Notes: generated from the sequence alone by a model not told the origin. Positions 49,661-59,502 are shown, counted from the stretch's first letter. The stretch is 64,000 nt of DNA from an uncultured Candidatus Saccharibacteria bacterium (GCA_964565825.1 CAZMGK010000001.1:2052-66051), one strand, 5' to 3'. Numbers and translations are program-made.

Positions 49661-51928
49661 TTATTTGGCGTATTCTTCTGCCTCTGTAAACTTAATAGAG
49701 AGTAGTTTTGATGCGCCATCGGCTGACACAGTCACTCCATAGAGTATTCCCGCACGTGACATGGTTTCTCTGTTGTGAGTCACCACAACCAGTTGCGATA
49801 CTTTGGAGAGATTTTCAATCATATCTCCATAGCGTCTTGAATTAGCTTCATCGAGAGCTGCGTCTGTTTCATCAAGTACCAAAAATGGTGGTGGGTTAAC
49901 CTGAGACATAGCAAACAACAGTGCGATAGACGTAAGTGATCGTTCTCCACCTGAGAGCATGCCGAGTTCTTTTACTTTCTTCTGAGGGAGAGATACATGA
50001 ATATCAATACCACGTTCAAATTCCATTTCGGTTTCATTATCTTGGGGTATGGCGATATCTTCACTCTCTTCTTCGTCTTTTCTTTTTCTTCTGTGTTCTG
50101 TAGACAAAGACAATGAGGCGGTTCCACCACCAAACATCAAAGAAAAGAACTGGGCAAAAGAATCATTGATTTTCAAAATACCTGTCTTAAATTCAGAATC
50201 AAGTCTCAGTTTCAAGTCAGCAATCAATGCTCGTAATTCTGAAATAGATCTCTCGAGGTCAGACAATTCTGTTGCCAAAAATACATCTCGTTCTTGTGTT
50301 GCCTCGTATTCTTTCATTGTATCACTACCGCCAAGTCCACCTGACTCTTCTAATTTTATTTTTACTCGTTCAATTTTTCGGCGTATTTCATCTTGACGCG
50401 TCGCATCTATTTCTTGTACTGGGTGTTCTTTGGGCGTATACGTTGGCATATCAGAGCCCAATAGAGCTAATCCTTCACGGAGTTCGTTTTCAAAAAATTC
50501 TTCTTTACTGTGAATACGTGATTCCTCGCTCGTCAAATTTTGTAAATGAATGTGTAGTGCTTCTTTTTTACTCAAAACTTCGTAATACTCTTTGTCTGCA
50601 TATACACGCTGTGTACGCTCTTCGGACATTTTTTGCTCAATTTCTGCGCGCTCTGATACAAGTGTACTTGTTTCAAATTCAAGTACTTTAATTTTTTCCT
50701 CAATAACATTAATATCTTGATCTATTTTTTGTATATGCTCTGTATTATCTATTGCTTCTGGTGTAACCTCAGTGTCTTCTAGATATTCACTATTTTGAAC
50801 AATATGAAGCTGTGCATCACGAGCAGTGTTATGTATAAAAGAAATATCTGTAGATTGGACAATAGATACGAGTCTCGTTGTGATTTCATTAAATGTTTTT
50901 TTGACCAGACTGTGCGGAATAAATTTTTCTCGATACTCTACCGGTTTTGGTTTTTCTAATAGCGCTTCTTTTGTTCCTTCTAGTCTCCCTAACGAACGCT
51001 CGAGTTCATTCTTGAGGCGATTATGCTCGTGTATTGAATGCAACACAGCATCATAGTGCGATTGAAAGAGAGATGTCGTAACTGCTGTTCTGTTTTGCTC
51101 AAGCGTATGCAACAGATCAGTTACAGTATTGTATGATATGTGCATCTCTTGCTTCTTATGTAAAAAAGTTTCTTTCAAATCAGTTATATGCTGATACTCA
51201 TGTTGAATATACTCAGTGTACAAATCCATTAATTCAAAACGGAGGTTTGCTGCTTTTTCTATTTTCTCAACTTGTTTTTTGAGATACAAGAGATGTGGTG
51301 CGAGCTCGCGTTTGAGTGCTTGTATCTCTTTTATATTCGTCTCTGTTCTGTCAAGACGTCGTTCTGTTTCTTTTATTCTAAATTGGTATATCTTGAGACC
51401 GAGAGCGTCTTCTATCATAACGCGTCTATCGCGAGAATTTGCAGAAAGTATTCTATCGGCTTCACCTTGTGAAATAATATGATGACCAGATGCACCAATA
51501 TTCACAGAAGAAAGAAGCTCGATAATATCTTTGAGTCGTACTTCGGTGTCATTTATTTTATACGTATTTGCACCATCAGAAAAGACTTCACGACTAATGC
51601 GGACTTCGTCATATGACAGTAATTTTGTTTTTGTATCACTCGTATCACCAAAAGTGAATAGCTTTTTCCGATTATCAAATGTAATGGTTACTGATGCTCG
51701 AGATAGCGGAGGAAGTTGTTTGGAACCTTTAAAGATGAGGTCACTCCCCCCTTTACCGCGGAGAGATTTAATAGATTGTTCACCGAGCACAAAACGAATT
51801 GCTTCAACCACGTTTGATTTACCTGAACCGTTGGGACCAACAATACCTGCCACAGGAGAGTCAAAAACCAAAACAGTCTTTTTTGCAAAAGACTTAAAAC
51901 CTGCTAATTCTATACTCTTCAAAACCAT
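49661..51928 (-). CDS. smc: SMC-family chromosome-segregation ATPase (short form, 755 aa)
   Basis: N-terminal Walker A (GPNGSGKSN), long coiled coil, C-terminal signature LSGGERSLTSIALLFA and Walker B FLVLDETDAALD. Conserved rnc-smc adjacency. Confidence 0.8.
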   Translation of the reverse strand: MVLKSIELAGFKSFAKKTVLVFDSPVAGIVGPNGSGKSNVVEAIRFVLGEQSIKSLRGKGGSDLIFKGSKQLPPLSRASVTITFDNRKKLFTFGDTSDTKTKLLSYDEVRISREVFSDGANTYKINDTEVRLKDIIELLSSVNIGASGHHIISQGEADRILSANSRDRRVMIEDALGLKIYQFRIKETERRLDRTETNIKEIQALKRELAPHLLYLKKQVEKIEKAANLRFELMDLYTEYIQHEYQHITDLKETFLHKKQEMHISYNTVTDLLHTLEQNRTAVTTSLFQSHYDAVLHSIHEHNRLKNELERSLGRLEGTKEALLEKPKPVEYREKFIPHSLVKKTFNEITTRLVSIVQSTDISFIHNTARDAQLHIVQNSEYLEDTEVTPEAIDNTEHIQKIDQDINVIEEKIKVLEFETSTLVSERAEIEQKMSEERTQRVYADKEYYEVLSKKEALHIHLQNLTSEESRIHSKEEFFENELREGLALLGSDMPTYTPKEHPVQEIDATRQDEIRRKIERVKIKLEESGGLGGSDTMKEYEATQERDVFLATELSDLERSISELRALIADLKLRLDSEFKTGILKINDSFAQFFSLMFGGGTASLSLSTEHRRKRKDEEESEDIAIPQDNETEMEFERGIDIHVSLPQKKVKELGMLSGGERSLTSIALLFAMSQVNPPPFLVLDETDAALDEANSRRYGDMIENLSKVSQLVVVTHNRETMSRAGILYGVTVSADGASKLLSIKFTEAEEYAK

Positions 51929-52008
51929 ATAAACAGTATATCATACTGTAGCGTATAGGTAATAGCCTGCCTGCCGGCAAAGGCAGGGTTTTAGGGAGCA
52001 GAGACATA

Positions 52009-52060
52009 CAAGAGAGGCACATCCTTTGGATGTGCCTCTCTTGTATGTGAATTTGTATTT
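52009..52060. terminator. Hairpin CAAGAGAGGCACATCC-tttg-GATGTGCCTCTCTTG + TATGTGAATTTGTATTTT between smc and rnc.
   Basis: Member of the TTGTAT-tail hairpin family. Confidence 0.5.
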
Positions 52061-52095
52061 TCTATTCCCTACAATCTGTGATCTATTCCCTATTA

Positions 52096-52794
52096 TTAGT
52101 CCATCCACTTTTTTTGTTCAATCGCCAACTGTGCTGCATTTTGTTCAGCCTCTTGTTTAGATTTACCTTTACCAGAAGCGATAAGGTCAGACCCAAAGAA
52201 AATTCCGACACTAAACTTTTTATCATGATCTGGTCCTGATTCGTTGAGAACTTTATATGATGGAGTGACGTGATAGACCTCTTGAGCTTTTTCTTGCACT
52301 AGAGATTTTGCATCGCGCCAGAGCTTGTGTTTGATGATCTGTTCGATCTTAGGAAAGAGATATTTTTCAATAAAAAGCTTGCATGGTTCGTAGCCTTGAT
52401 CGAGGTACAATGCACCGATAAATGATTCAAACGTATTTGCGAGGATGTGCATTCGGGCTTTACCGATATCTTTACTTTCACCTTTTGAGAGAAGGAGATA
52501 TTCGTTCATACCGAGATCTTGTGCAACACCACCGATCACTTGTGTATTCACCAGTGATGACCGAAATGCCGTCAATTCACCTTCTGGAGAATTTGGAAAA
52601 TTCATGTATAAGTGAGTGGTAACAATGAGTTCAAGAACTGCATCACCCAAAAATTCGAGTCGTTCATTGTGTCCATGTTTGAGATTACTATTCTCATTCA
52701 AGTAAGAACGATGTACAAATGCTTGGGTCAGTAAGTTTTTATCTTTAAAATGGATATTCAGTTTTTCTTCAAATGGGGTGAAATTAGCTTGCAT
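52096..52794 (-). CDS. rnc: Ribonuclease III
   Basis: NERLEFLGDAVLELIV catalytic signature plus a C-terminal dsRBD. Confidence 0.92.
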   Translation of the reverse strand: MQANFTPFEEKLNIHFKDKNLLTQAFVHRSYLNENSNLKHGHNERLEFLGDAVLELIVTTHLYMNFPNSPEGELTAFRSSLVNTQVIGGVAQDLGMNEYLLLSKGESKDIGKARMHILANTFESFIGALYLDQGYEPCKLFIEKYLFPKIEQIIKHKLWRDAKSLVQEKAQEVYHVTPSYKVLNESGPDHDKKFSVGIFFGSDLIASGKGKSKQEAEQNAAQLAIEQKKWMD

Positions 52795-53701
52795 GATATT
52801 TGTCTACGAGGAGTGTTATTGCTTTAGTAATAATGTCAGAAATATTGTCATATATTTTTAATTTTGAAACTTGGTCGAGGGTAAACCATTTTGCATCGTC
52901 GAGTCCACCTTCTGAAGTCAGTGTCATAGGAGTGTACTCACTCTTCCCGAGAAAGTACACAATTTGCCTGAGGCATTTACCATTAATTGGGTGATTTGCG
53001 ACATAGTCGATAGAACCAATTTCTTCTTCTATCTCAATATCAAGATTCATTTCTCCTTTGATAGCACGTGTGGCTGCACCTTCAGGATTTTCTCCTTCTT
53101 TTACACCACTACGTGATAATGTCCAGTATCCAAACACATCGTGAACAAGTCCAAGATGAATTTGGCCATCGACAAATGAATACACAACGGCACCGGCTTT
53201 TACTTCTCTCGGCAACGTCGCAGGATCGACAGGGGCTTCGTCACGCACTGGTTTCTTTTTTGAAATTTGATCTTTACCTGGTTCGCCCATTTCTCGGTAC
53301 ACGGCACCGAGTACACCGTTGACGAATTTACTTGAACTTTCCCCACCAAAAGATTTGGCGAGTTCAATAGCTTCATTGATTACAACTTTTGGAGGAACTT
53401 CTTCGTGATTACCGAACAGAAGCTCAGCAAGACCGAGACGGAGGATATTTCGATCGACAACATTGATCTTATCTATTGGCCATTCAGGAGCAGCCTTTTG
53501 GATGATTTCATCGATGATTTCTTTCTTACGAGTGATATTCTCGACAATCATTTCCATAAAAGGAACGTCATCAAGACCGGGTGCAAATTCGGCAATATTA
53601 CGCAAAAGAATATCCCCGATTTCTTGTTCTGGGTTACCTTTAAAATCCCACTCAAAAAGTGATTGAATAACTACAGATCTAGATAAGTGACGATTTGCCA
53701 T
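52784..53701 (-). CDS. nusB: Fusion of transcription antitermination factor NusB (N-terminus) with a Nudix-type hydrolase domain (C-terminus).
   Basis: N-terminus RSVVIQSLFEWDF...LLFG is NusB-like. C-terminus GAVVYSFVDGQIHLGLVH...SGVKEGENPEGAATRAIKGEMNLDIEIEEEIG is a Nudix-box-like segment. Confidence 0.7.
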   Translation of the reverse strand: MANRHLSRSVVIQSLFEWDFKGNPEQEIGDILLRNIAEFAPGLDDVPFMEMIVENITRKKEIIDEIIQKAAPEWPIDKINVVDRNILRLGLAELLFGNHEEVPPKVVINEAIELAKSFGGESSSKFVNGVLGAVYREMGEPGKDQISKKKPVRDEAPVDPATLPREVKAGAVVYSFVDGQIHLGLVHDVFGYWTLSRSGVKEGENPEGAATRAIKGEMNLDIEIEEEIGSIDYVANHPINGKCLRQIVYFLGKSEYTPMTLTSEGGLDDAKWFTLDQVSKLKIYDNISDIITKAITLLVDKYHAS

Positions 53702-53762
53702 ATTCTTATTTTAGTAAAAGAACTAACTTATAATAAATAAATACACCCAAGAATTGGTGTAT

Positions 53763-53969
53763 TTACTTTGCTTTACTTTGACGTTTTTCAACTTTCTTCA
53801 CAACATCAAGCACTTTTTTGCCACGATACAGACCTGTTTTAAGGTCAGCGTGATGACGCAAGTGAGTTGCTCCAGTTTTCGCATCAGTGGTTACGTTTAT
53901 AGCCGTAAGTGCGTGATGTGAACGTCTATTTGCGGTGTGTGACCGCGTATGTCTCATTCGGATTACCAT
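53763..53969 (-). CDS. rpmF: 50S ribosomal protein L32
   Basis: RHTRSHTANRRSHHALTA...THLRHH...YRGKKV matches the L32 consensus (RSRRDMRRSHDALT...HLRHH...YRGRKV). Confidence 0.85.
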   Translation of the reverse strand: MVIRMRHTRSHTANRRSHHALTAINVTTDAKTGATHLRHHADLKTGLYRGKKVLDVVKKVEKRQSKAK

Positions 53970-54025
53970 AGAATATATATACCATATCTAGTTTAAATTT
54001 TCAAGTTTTTAGTGGATAGTGAATA

Positions 54026-54066
54026 CAAGGAGCGGATGCCGTAGGCACTCGCTCCTTGTATTATTG
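54026..54066 (-). terminator. Hairpin GGAGCG-gatgccgtaggcact-CGCTCC + TTGTATTATTG after the 54106 gene.
   Basis: TTGTAT-tail family member. Confidence 0.45.
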
Positions 54067-54105
54067 CATTTCTCTATAATCTGAAATCTGTCAACTGTAA
54101 TCTGC

Positions 54106-55056
54106 CTAAATATATTTAAACTCATTAAACGCAGCTTCGTACATTCGAATTGCTTGATTTATCTCTCGCGGAGTAAATTGAATATTTGGTTCGTGGGCAA
54201 TCTGGTTTCGTACCCAGTGTGCCTTTCGAGCAAAGTCGACGTTCTTAAAAAATCCTGGATCAGCATTTTTAAGACGCTCACCAAGTGTGTTACCTTCAAA
54301 TCCTTGAATATACGTCATCATGTCCAAAATCACATCTGCTTCTATAATTGCAAGCCTCCAGTCGGATGGGTTGCTTGATGTTGCCAGTCGAAGTACTGAT
54401 TGCCATTGAAAATGACCTGGGTGATCTTCACCTATTTGGACACCACGGACTCCTGACTCACCAGGCAGTCTCTCTTTGAAAATGTGTGGTGGAGGTGGTG
54501 CAGTTTTTACATACGCATCAGTATTTCCTTCTTGGATGCTTTGTTTTTGCATTGTTTCAACACCAGGCATGTGATGATTGGCTTGTACATTTGGGGTTGC
54601 CTCCATATGCTGAGTGTCCACATGATGCGCTTCTGGCATCGCATCATAAACCTCATCTGCTTCTCTCTCTGTGGGCGCTACAGGTTTTTGAGGTTTTGGG
54701 GTGTGCTCTGTCTTGTGCTCCTGTACATGTACTGTATGATGCTCGCTCTCATGAGTGTGATCAGTATGGTGATACACATGATTTTCGTGTTCTTTTTCCA
54801 TTTCGAGAAGTTTGAAAAACAACCATGTTGCGAAGCCTGTCAACGCAACGGTGATAATTCCTGCTACAAAACGTAATTGCAAAAAAAGAGATGACTCAAA
54901 GATACCTAAAAATGAATCATTGAGAGCGAGAAAAAAATTAGTTGTTGCCCGAGGAAGTGCTAATACAACAAGCAACAATGCACCTACAATACAGGCAACG
55001 ACAACCCATATAACAGGGCCGATACCAGCATCTTCATCGTGTGCATCATGTGACAT
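54106..55056 (-). CDS. Hypothetical membrane protein with a His/Glu-rich middle region and a C-terminal domain containing an R-x4-H (HEPN-like) motif.
   Basis: Two or three TM helices; HENHVYHHTDHTHESEHHTVHVQEHKTEH; C-terminal ...KAHWVRNQIAHEPN... Confidence 0.5.
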   Translation of the reverse strand: MSHDAHDEDAGIGPVIWVVVACIVGALLLVVLALPRATTNFFLALNDSFLGIFESSLFLQLRFVAGIITVALTGFATWLFFKLLEMEKEHENHVYHHTDHTHESEHHTVHVQEHKTEHTPKPQKPVAPTEREADEVYDAMPEAHHVDTQHMEATPNVQANHHMPGVETMQKQSIQEGNTDAYVKTAPPPPHIFKERLPGESGVRGVQIGEDHPGHFQWQSVLRLATSSNPSDWRLAIIEADVILDMMTYIQGFEGNTLGERLKNADPGFFKNVDFARKAHWVRNQIAHEPNIQFTPREINQAIRMYEAAFNEFKYI

Positions 55057-55060
55057 ATAT

Positions 55061-56482
55061 CTATTTTAAAACATTTTCAATATCTTTACCAATAGTAAAA
55101 AGATTTTCTTCGTTAAAAGCTGGGCCGATCAACTGAATTCCAAACGGAAGTCCTTTCGTATCCATACCAAGGGGAATAGAAATAGCAGGATCTCCAGTAA
55201 TATCTGCGGGCACAACAAAAATATCTTCCAAATACATAGACACAGGGTCGCCTGATTTTTCACCAAAGGTAAATGCAGTACCTGCAGTTGTCGGTGTCAC
55301 GATAGCATCGACAGTTTCATATACTGCGTTGAGTTCTTTTTTGATTTGTTCTTTCATAAGAAGCGCCTTACCGTAGTAAGCATCATAGTATCCGTGAGAG
55401 AGTACATAGGTTCCAAGGAGAATTCTTCGGCGAACTTCTTTTCCAAAACCAGTACCACGAGTTTTACTATATACATCAAGGAGTGATGGGTGTTCTTCAC
55501 TGTATCCATAGCGAATACCATCAAAACGAGCGAGGTTGGATGATGCTTCTGCTGGTTGGATAATATAGTACACAGGAAGCGAATAAGAAATGTAATCAAG
55601 ATTAATCGGTACAATTTCATATCCTTCATTTTTAAGCATTTCTATTGTTTGTTTAAATTTCTCCAATACTTCAGCCTGTACTCCCCCACTTTCAAAAAAG
55701 TGATACGGTACACCGATTTTTTTCTTGAGATCTTTTTTGTAGGTTGTACGCATATCAATAGGAACAGAAGTACTATCGTGTGTGTCGTATGTCGCGAGAA
55801 GATTGAAAGCAATTTCTGCATCAGTCACAGTCTTGGTCATTGGACCGATCTGATCAAGTGAACTCGCAAGCGCAACAAGTCCAAAACGAGACATGGTCCC
55901 ATATGTTGGTTTGAGCCCAACAAGATTACAATATGATGCTGGCTGACGAATAGATCCACCAGTGTCAGAACCAAGCGACAGAAGTGCTCCATCCATTGCC
56001 ATAGCTGCTGCTGGCCCACCTGATGAACCCCCAGGAACACGAGTAACGTCGTATGGGTTTTTTGTGTTGCCAAAATAGCTCGTTTCAGTCGAAGATCCCA
56101 TAGCAAATTCATCCATGTTCGTACGGCCAATAATCACTGCACCTTGTTTTTTGAGATCTGATACAAGCGTACTATCGTATGTACCAACATAATTTTCGAG
56201 TATCTTTGACCCACACGCTGACACGTGTCCAGTGTAGAGCATATTGTCTTTGATCGCTGTAGGTATTCCAGTAAGAGGTGTTGCAATACCATCATCTATC
56301 ATTTTTTGCGCAGTCGCGATTTGCGCATCGAGGTCTGAAAATATCTCCACATATGCGTTAATCTCACTATTTCGTGCACGAGCTTGAGTCACATACATAT
56401 CAACAAGTGCGCGGACCGTGAGCTCTTTATTGACGAGGAGTGCGTGAGCACTCTCTATTGTTAGATCTTTCAGATTAATCAT
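55061..56482 (-). CDS. gatA: Glutamyl-tRNA(Gln) amidotransferase subunit A
   Basis: Amidase signature GGSSGGPAAAMA...; 473 aa. Confidence 0.95.
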   Translation of the reverse strand: MINLKDLTIESAHALLVNKELTVRALVDMYVTQARARNSEINAYVEIFSDLDAQIATAQKMIDDGIATPLTGIPTAIKDNMLYTGHVSACGSKILENYVGTYDSTLVSDLKKQGAVIIGRTNMDEFAMGSSTETSYFGNTKNPYDVTRVPGGSSGGPAAAMAMDGALLSLGSDTGGSIRQPASYCNLVGLKPTYGTMSRFGLVALASSLDQIGPMTKTVTDAEIAFNLLATYDTHDSTSVPIDMRTTYKKDLKKKIGVPYHFFESGGVQAEVLEKFKQTIEMLKNEGYEIVPINLDYISYSLPVYYIIQPAEASSNLARFDGIRYGYSEEHPSLLDVYSKTRGTGFGKEVRRRILLGTYVLSHGYYDAYYGKALLMKEQIKKELNAVYETVDAIVTPTTAGTAFTFGEKSGDPVSMYLEDIFVVPADITGDPAISIPLGMDTKGLPFGIQLIGPAFNEENLFTIGKDIENVLK

Positions 56483-56762
56483 TGTTGATAATTTTATTTA
56501 CTTCTAAATAGCCATTTTTTTCTTTCGGGAAATTTGCTTTGATGCGAGATTGCGTATCAAAATTACTATCATGTGCAACATCTTCTCGGGTAACATTTTG
56601 CACAACAGGTGTTACTTTTTCACCAGTTTCAATGTGCGCATTTTCTATTTGTTTAATATAGCCCAAAATAGTATTCATATCATTGGACAATGCCCCTGCT
56701 TCTTCGTCTGTGACAGAAAGCCGTGCAAGCCCTGCGAGTTTTTGTATGTCTTCGGTGGTCAT
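56475..56762 (-). CDS. gatC: Glutamyl-tRNA(Gln) amidotransferase subunit C
   Basis: 95 aa, ...LAGLARLSVTDEEA...; overlaps the gatA start. Confidence 0.85.
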   Translation of the reverse strand: MTTEDIQKLAGLARLSVTDEEAGALSNDMNTILGYIKQIENAHIETGEKVTPVVQNVTREDVAHDSNFDTQSRIKANFPKEKNGYLEVNKIINND

Positions 56763-56804
56763 CCCGTTAGAAGTAGGAAATCAAAGATTTCCGTCCTTAA
56801 TTAG
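56763..56804 (-). promoter_or_regulatory. Conserved leader module (minus strand: CTAATTAAGGAC-GGAAATC-tttg-GATTTCC-TACTTCTAACGGG-ATG) directly upstream of gatC.
   Basis: 41/43 identity with 9058-9100. The two differences in the stem are compensatory (G->A paired with C->T). Confidence 0.6.
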
Positions 56805-56840
56805 CTGGTAATAAAATAATAAACTTTTGTGCATGATGTA

Positions 56841-56879
56841 CCCGTTATATACTAGTAACCTATCTGACTTCTAACGGGA
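56841..56879 (+). other. Hairpin CCCGTTA-(24 nt)-TAACGGG containing CTGACTTCTAACGGG; related to 8980-8996 and to the leader modules.
   Basis: Direct sequence matches. Confidence 0.4.
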
Positions 56880-56914
56880 GTCATATCAATAATCTACCAC
56901 AAAATAGACAATAT

Positions 56915-56945
56915 AAAAAACCGCTTATGAGGCGGTTTGATATTT
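56915..56945 (-). terminator. plsC terminator AACCGCTTATGAGGCGGTT flanked by A6 and T-rich sequence; it overlaps the stop codon.
   Basis: Stem plus U-tract on the minus strand. Confidence 0.6.
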
Positions 56946-57980
56946 CATTAATTCAGTTTCTATTGATTCCCTCACTTCATCCATGAGTGTATCCGGAGTT
57001 TTAAAATTTCCATCAGTGTCTTTAACAGAAATCTTAGGCTGGTACACTATGGTAATTTTTGTCGGCGAAATCCACCATTTTAATTCGTACCATTTTTTCT
57101 GTTCTGGGTGACCTTTAATCGGTTCTTTATATATATCCGATCCATCAATTGCAACAGGAACAATATCTCGATTATTTCGAATAGCCATAAAAAAAGCACC
57201 TACTGGGGTTTGTTCTTTGGGAACGAGTAATGACTCAACCCATGGACGCTTGCGTGTTCCTTCAAAAAAAATGACAATAGAATATCCTTTTTTAATAAAC
57301 TCCCCTGCCTTCATAACCACTTTATTCAATGGCATTAAAACAAAAAAACTCTTTAAATACGTATACACAGTGTTGAGAAATTTATTTTTTAATGGTTTCT
57401 CTCTTTCAATAAAAATACATGAAATTCGAGCAAATAAGCTGATTGGGAAAAACTTAATAAGATTATCTCCGGCAACCACTTGCCACAATGTAGTACGCGC
57501 AAATAAATTTGCTAATAGATAATCAAATGAGCCTCTGTGATTCGGGGCAAAGATACATGGTTCTTTCGGCCTTTCTCCTTTCTCGATAATTTGGGCTCCA
57601 AGTAAAAAACACGAAGTTATAGAGAAAAATCTTAAAATCCTGAAGGCAAATTTTCTTGTATAGCTGAACCTATTGAGGATAAACATAACAGGTAAAGTAA
57701 TGCATGAATTTACTAATACAAACAAGACGAAATTAAAAGCAATAATGATAGTCAAAATTTTATTAACCATGATATCAAGTTCTTCGTCAAGAAATGTGAC
57801 ACGGATTTTTAATGAGGCAAGAAAACCAATACAGAGTATGACCAGACACGTATGAAAACGCCACGTGATACTGTCCGTATAGAAGATGTAGAAAAAGCAG
57901 AATACAGGTATACAGACGAGGATAACTGAAGTCAGTAAAAGAAAAAACTCTTTTACTCTATTTCTTAAGAATTTTTTCAT
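56925..57980 (-). CDS. plsC: 1-acyl-sn-glycerol-3-phosphate acyltransferase (PlsC family) with an N-terminal multi-TM extension.
   Basis: HX4D motif (APNHRGSFDYLL) and FFEGTR motif. Confidence 0.8.
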   Translation of the reverse strand: MKKFLRNRVKEFFLLLTSVILVCIPVFCFFYIFYTDSITWRFHTCLVILCIGFLASLKIRVTFLDEELDIMVNKILTIIIAFNFVLFVLVNSCITLPVMFILNRFSYTRKFAFRILRFFSITSCFLLGAQIIEKGERPKEPCIFAPNHRGSFDYLLANLFARTTLWQVVAGDNLIKFFPISLFARISCIFIEREKPLKNKFLNTVYTYLKSFFVLMPLNKVVMKAGEFIKKGYSIVIFFEGTRKRPWVESLLVPKEQTPVGAFFMAIRNNRDIVPVAIDGSDIYKEPIKGHPEQKKWYELKWWISPTKITIVYQPKISVKDTDGNFKTPDTLMDEVRESIETELMKYQTAS

Positions 57981-58040
57981 TTGTAAAATAATTTTGTTTG
58001 TACTTACTGTACACTAAAATGGGAAAAAGTCCAGACATAC

Positions 58041-58127
58041 AAAGAGGCGCACCCTTCGGGTGCGCCTCTTTGTATATCCTCCCTCTCCTGGACAGGAGAG
58101 GGTTGGGGTGAGGTTGTTTATTTTTTT
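58041..58127 (-). terminator. Two tandem hairpins after the 58118 gene: AGAGGCGCACCC-ttcg-GGTGCGCCTCT + TTGTATAT, and CCCTCTCCTG-gac-AGGAGAGGG + TTGGGGTGAGGTTGTTTATTTTTTT.
   Basis: The first belongs to the UUCG/TTGTAT family. The second shares about 45 nt with an insertion inside murD (63437-63480). Confidence 0.6.
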
Positions 58128-58798
58128 AATTTCTTTACAACCTTCTTAACAACCTTTGTTGCGGCTTTCTTTGCAACTTTGATATCTTTAACGATTTCTT
58201 TTTTTGCAACGACAGCTTTTTTAGTAACTGCTTTTTGTATTTTTTGTACGTCTTTCTTGATTTCTTTTGCAACAACAGGAGCACCTGCGACAGCAACGTT
58301 TCGAACAGCATTTTTCAATTCTGAAAAATCTCGCATTATTGTATCAAACTTAACATTGAGGGCATCCATTTGTTTCTTGAGAACTTCAGAACCATCGGCC
58401 TTTGGAGCAGATGAAAAAGCTGGTCTATCATCTCTTCTTTGGGCTCCGCGGTCATTTCTAGGTGAGAATGATCCTCGGTCACCTCCACGATCTCCGTCAC
58501 GTCCACCAAATGATGGTCGGTTATCGAAATCACGGTTTTTTGCAAAACAGTCATTACAGTACACAGGTTTGCCTGTTGTTGGGCGAAATGGTACTTCACA
58601 AGATTTGTGACATGAATCACAGACAGCTTTAAAACTCTCTGTACTTCGTTCTTCGCGACGTCCACCGTCTCGTCCACCAAAAGATGGTCGTCCTCCACGG
58701 TCGCCACCACCAAAACTTTTACCTCCTCGTGATCCACCAAAAGATGGCTTCCCTCCAAAACTTTTTCCACTACTTCTTCCTTTGTCAAAATTTCCCAT
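58118..58798 (-). CDS. Putative nucleic-acid-binding protein: RGG/GR-rich N-terminus, a zf-trcl-like CxxC...CxxC zinc ribbon, and a Lys-rich histone-like C-terminus.
   Basis: SFGG(R/K)DGG repeats; CDSCHKSCEVPFRPTTGKPVYCNDCF; C-terminus KKAVVAKKEIVKDIKVAKKAATKVVKKVVKKLKK. Confidence 0.6.
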   Translation of the reverse strand: MGNFDKGRSSGKSFGGKPSFGGSRGGKSFGGGDRGGRPSFGGRDGGRREERSTESFKAVCDSCHKSCEVPFRPTTGKPVYCNDCFAKNRDFDNRPSFGGRDGDRGGDRGSFSPRNDRGAQRRDDRPAFSSAPKADGSEVLKKQMDALNVKFDTIMRDFSELKNAVRNVAVAGAPVVAKEIKKDVQKIQKAVTKKAVVAKKEIVKDIKVAKKAATKVVKKVVKKLKK

Positions 58799-58867
58799 AT
58801 ATTAGTTATTTATTATTATTTATTAATCTTGACTTACTATACCTTTTTATTGCATAAATAGCAAGCC

Positions 58868-59416
58868 CTAATTTTTCAAAAAATCTTCATCAAAATCAAA
58901 CTCATGTATTGAGCTATTTTGAATCACTTCATAAACTTCATTGTTAATAACATTGTGAAGCAAACGAATAATCCCTCCCGAAGTAATCACTAAAATTTTC
59001 TCATTTGGTTTCTCTCTACATATCTCTTTAATAAAAGAAAAAACCCTTACTTTTACATCGTCAACACTTTCACCGTCGTACGGTCGATAATCGTACGTTT
59101 GAAGTTTGTCTTTTTCTCTTATCATTGGGTCGAGGTCAAGTATTAGTGTACCTTCAAGTGAACCAAAATTTCTTTCACGCAATCGAGTATCGTAACAGAT
59201 TGACAAGTTGAGTTTCTTGTTTAAAATTTCTGTTGTTTGTTTATAGCGAACAAGGTCTGCTGAATATATATACGTAAAATCAGATTGTATTTCTAGCGCC
59301 AGCTTTTGGGTATAAACGACACCCTCCTCTGAAAGAGGAGTATTGGCCCAACCAGTAGCACGCCCAGCTTTATTATATTCAGTTTGCCCATGTCGTATAA
59401 AAGCTATTTTCATCAA
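58868..59416 (-). CDS. Histidine phosphatase family protein (phosphoglycerate mutase-like)
   Basis: N-terminal IAFIRHGQTEYN (RHG motif). Confidence 0.8.
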   Translation of the reverse strand: MMKIAFIRHGQTEYNKAGRATGWANTPLSEEGVVYTQKLALEIQSDFTYIYSADLVRYKQTTEILNKKLNLSICYDTRLRERNFGSLEGTLILDLDPMIREKDKLQTYDYRPYDGESVDDVKVRVFSFIKEICREKPNEKILVITSGGIIRLLHNVINNEVYEVIQNSSIHEFDFDEDFLKN

Positions 59417-59502
59417 TGACTCAAGTATACTTAATATTTCTATAATTCCAAATAAAAAATGGCCTCGTGTTTGAGACCATTTTATTTTTAATTACTTTTC
59501 AT

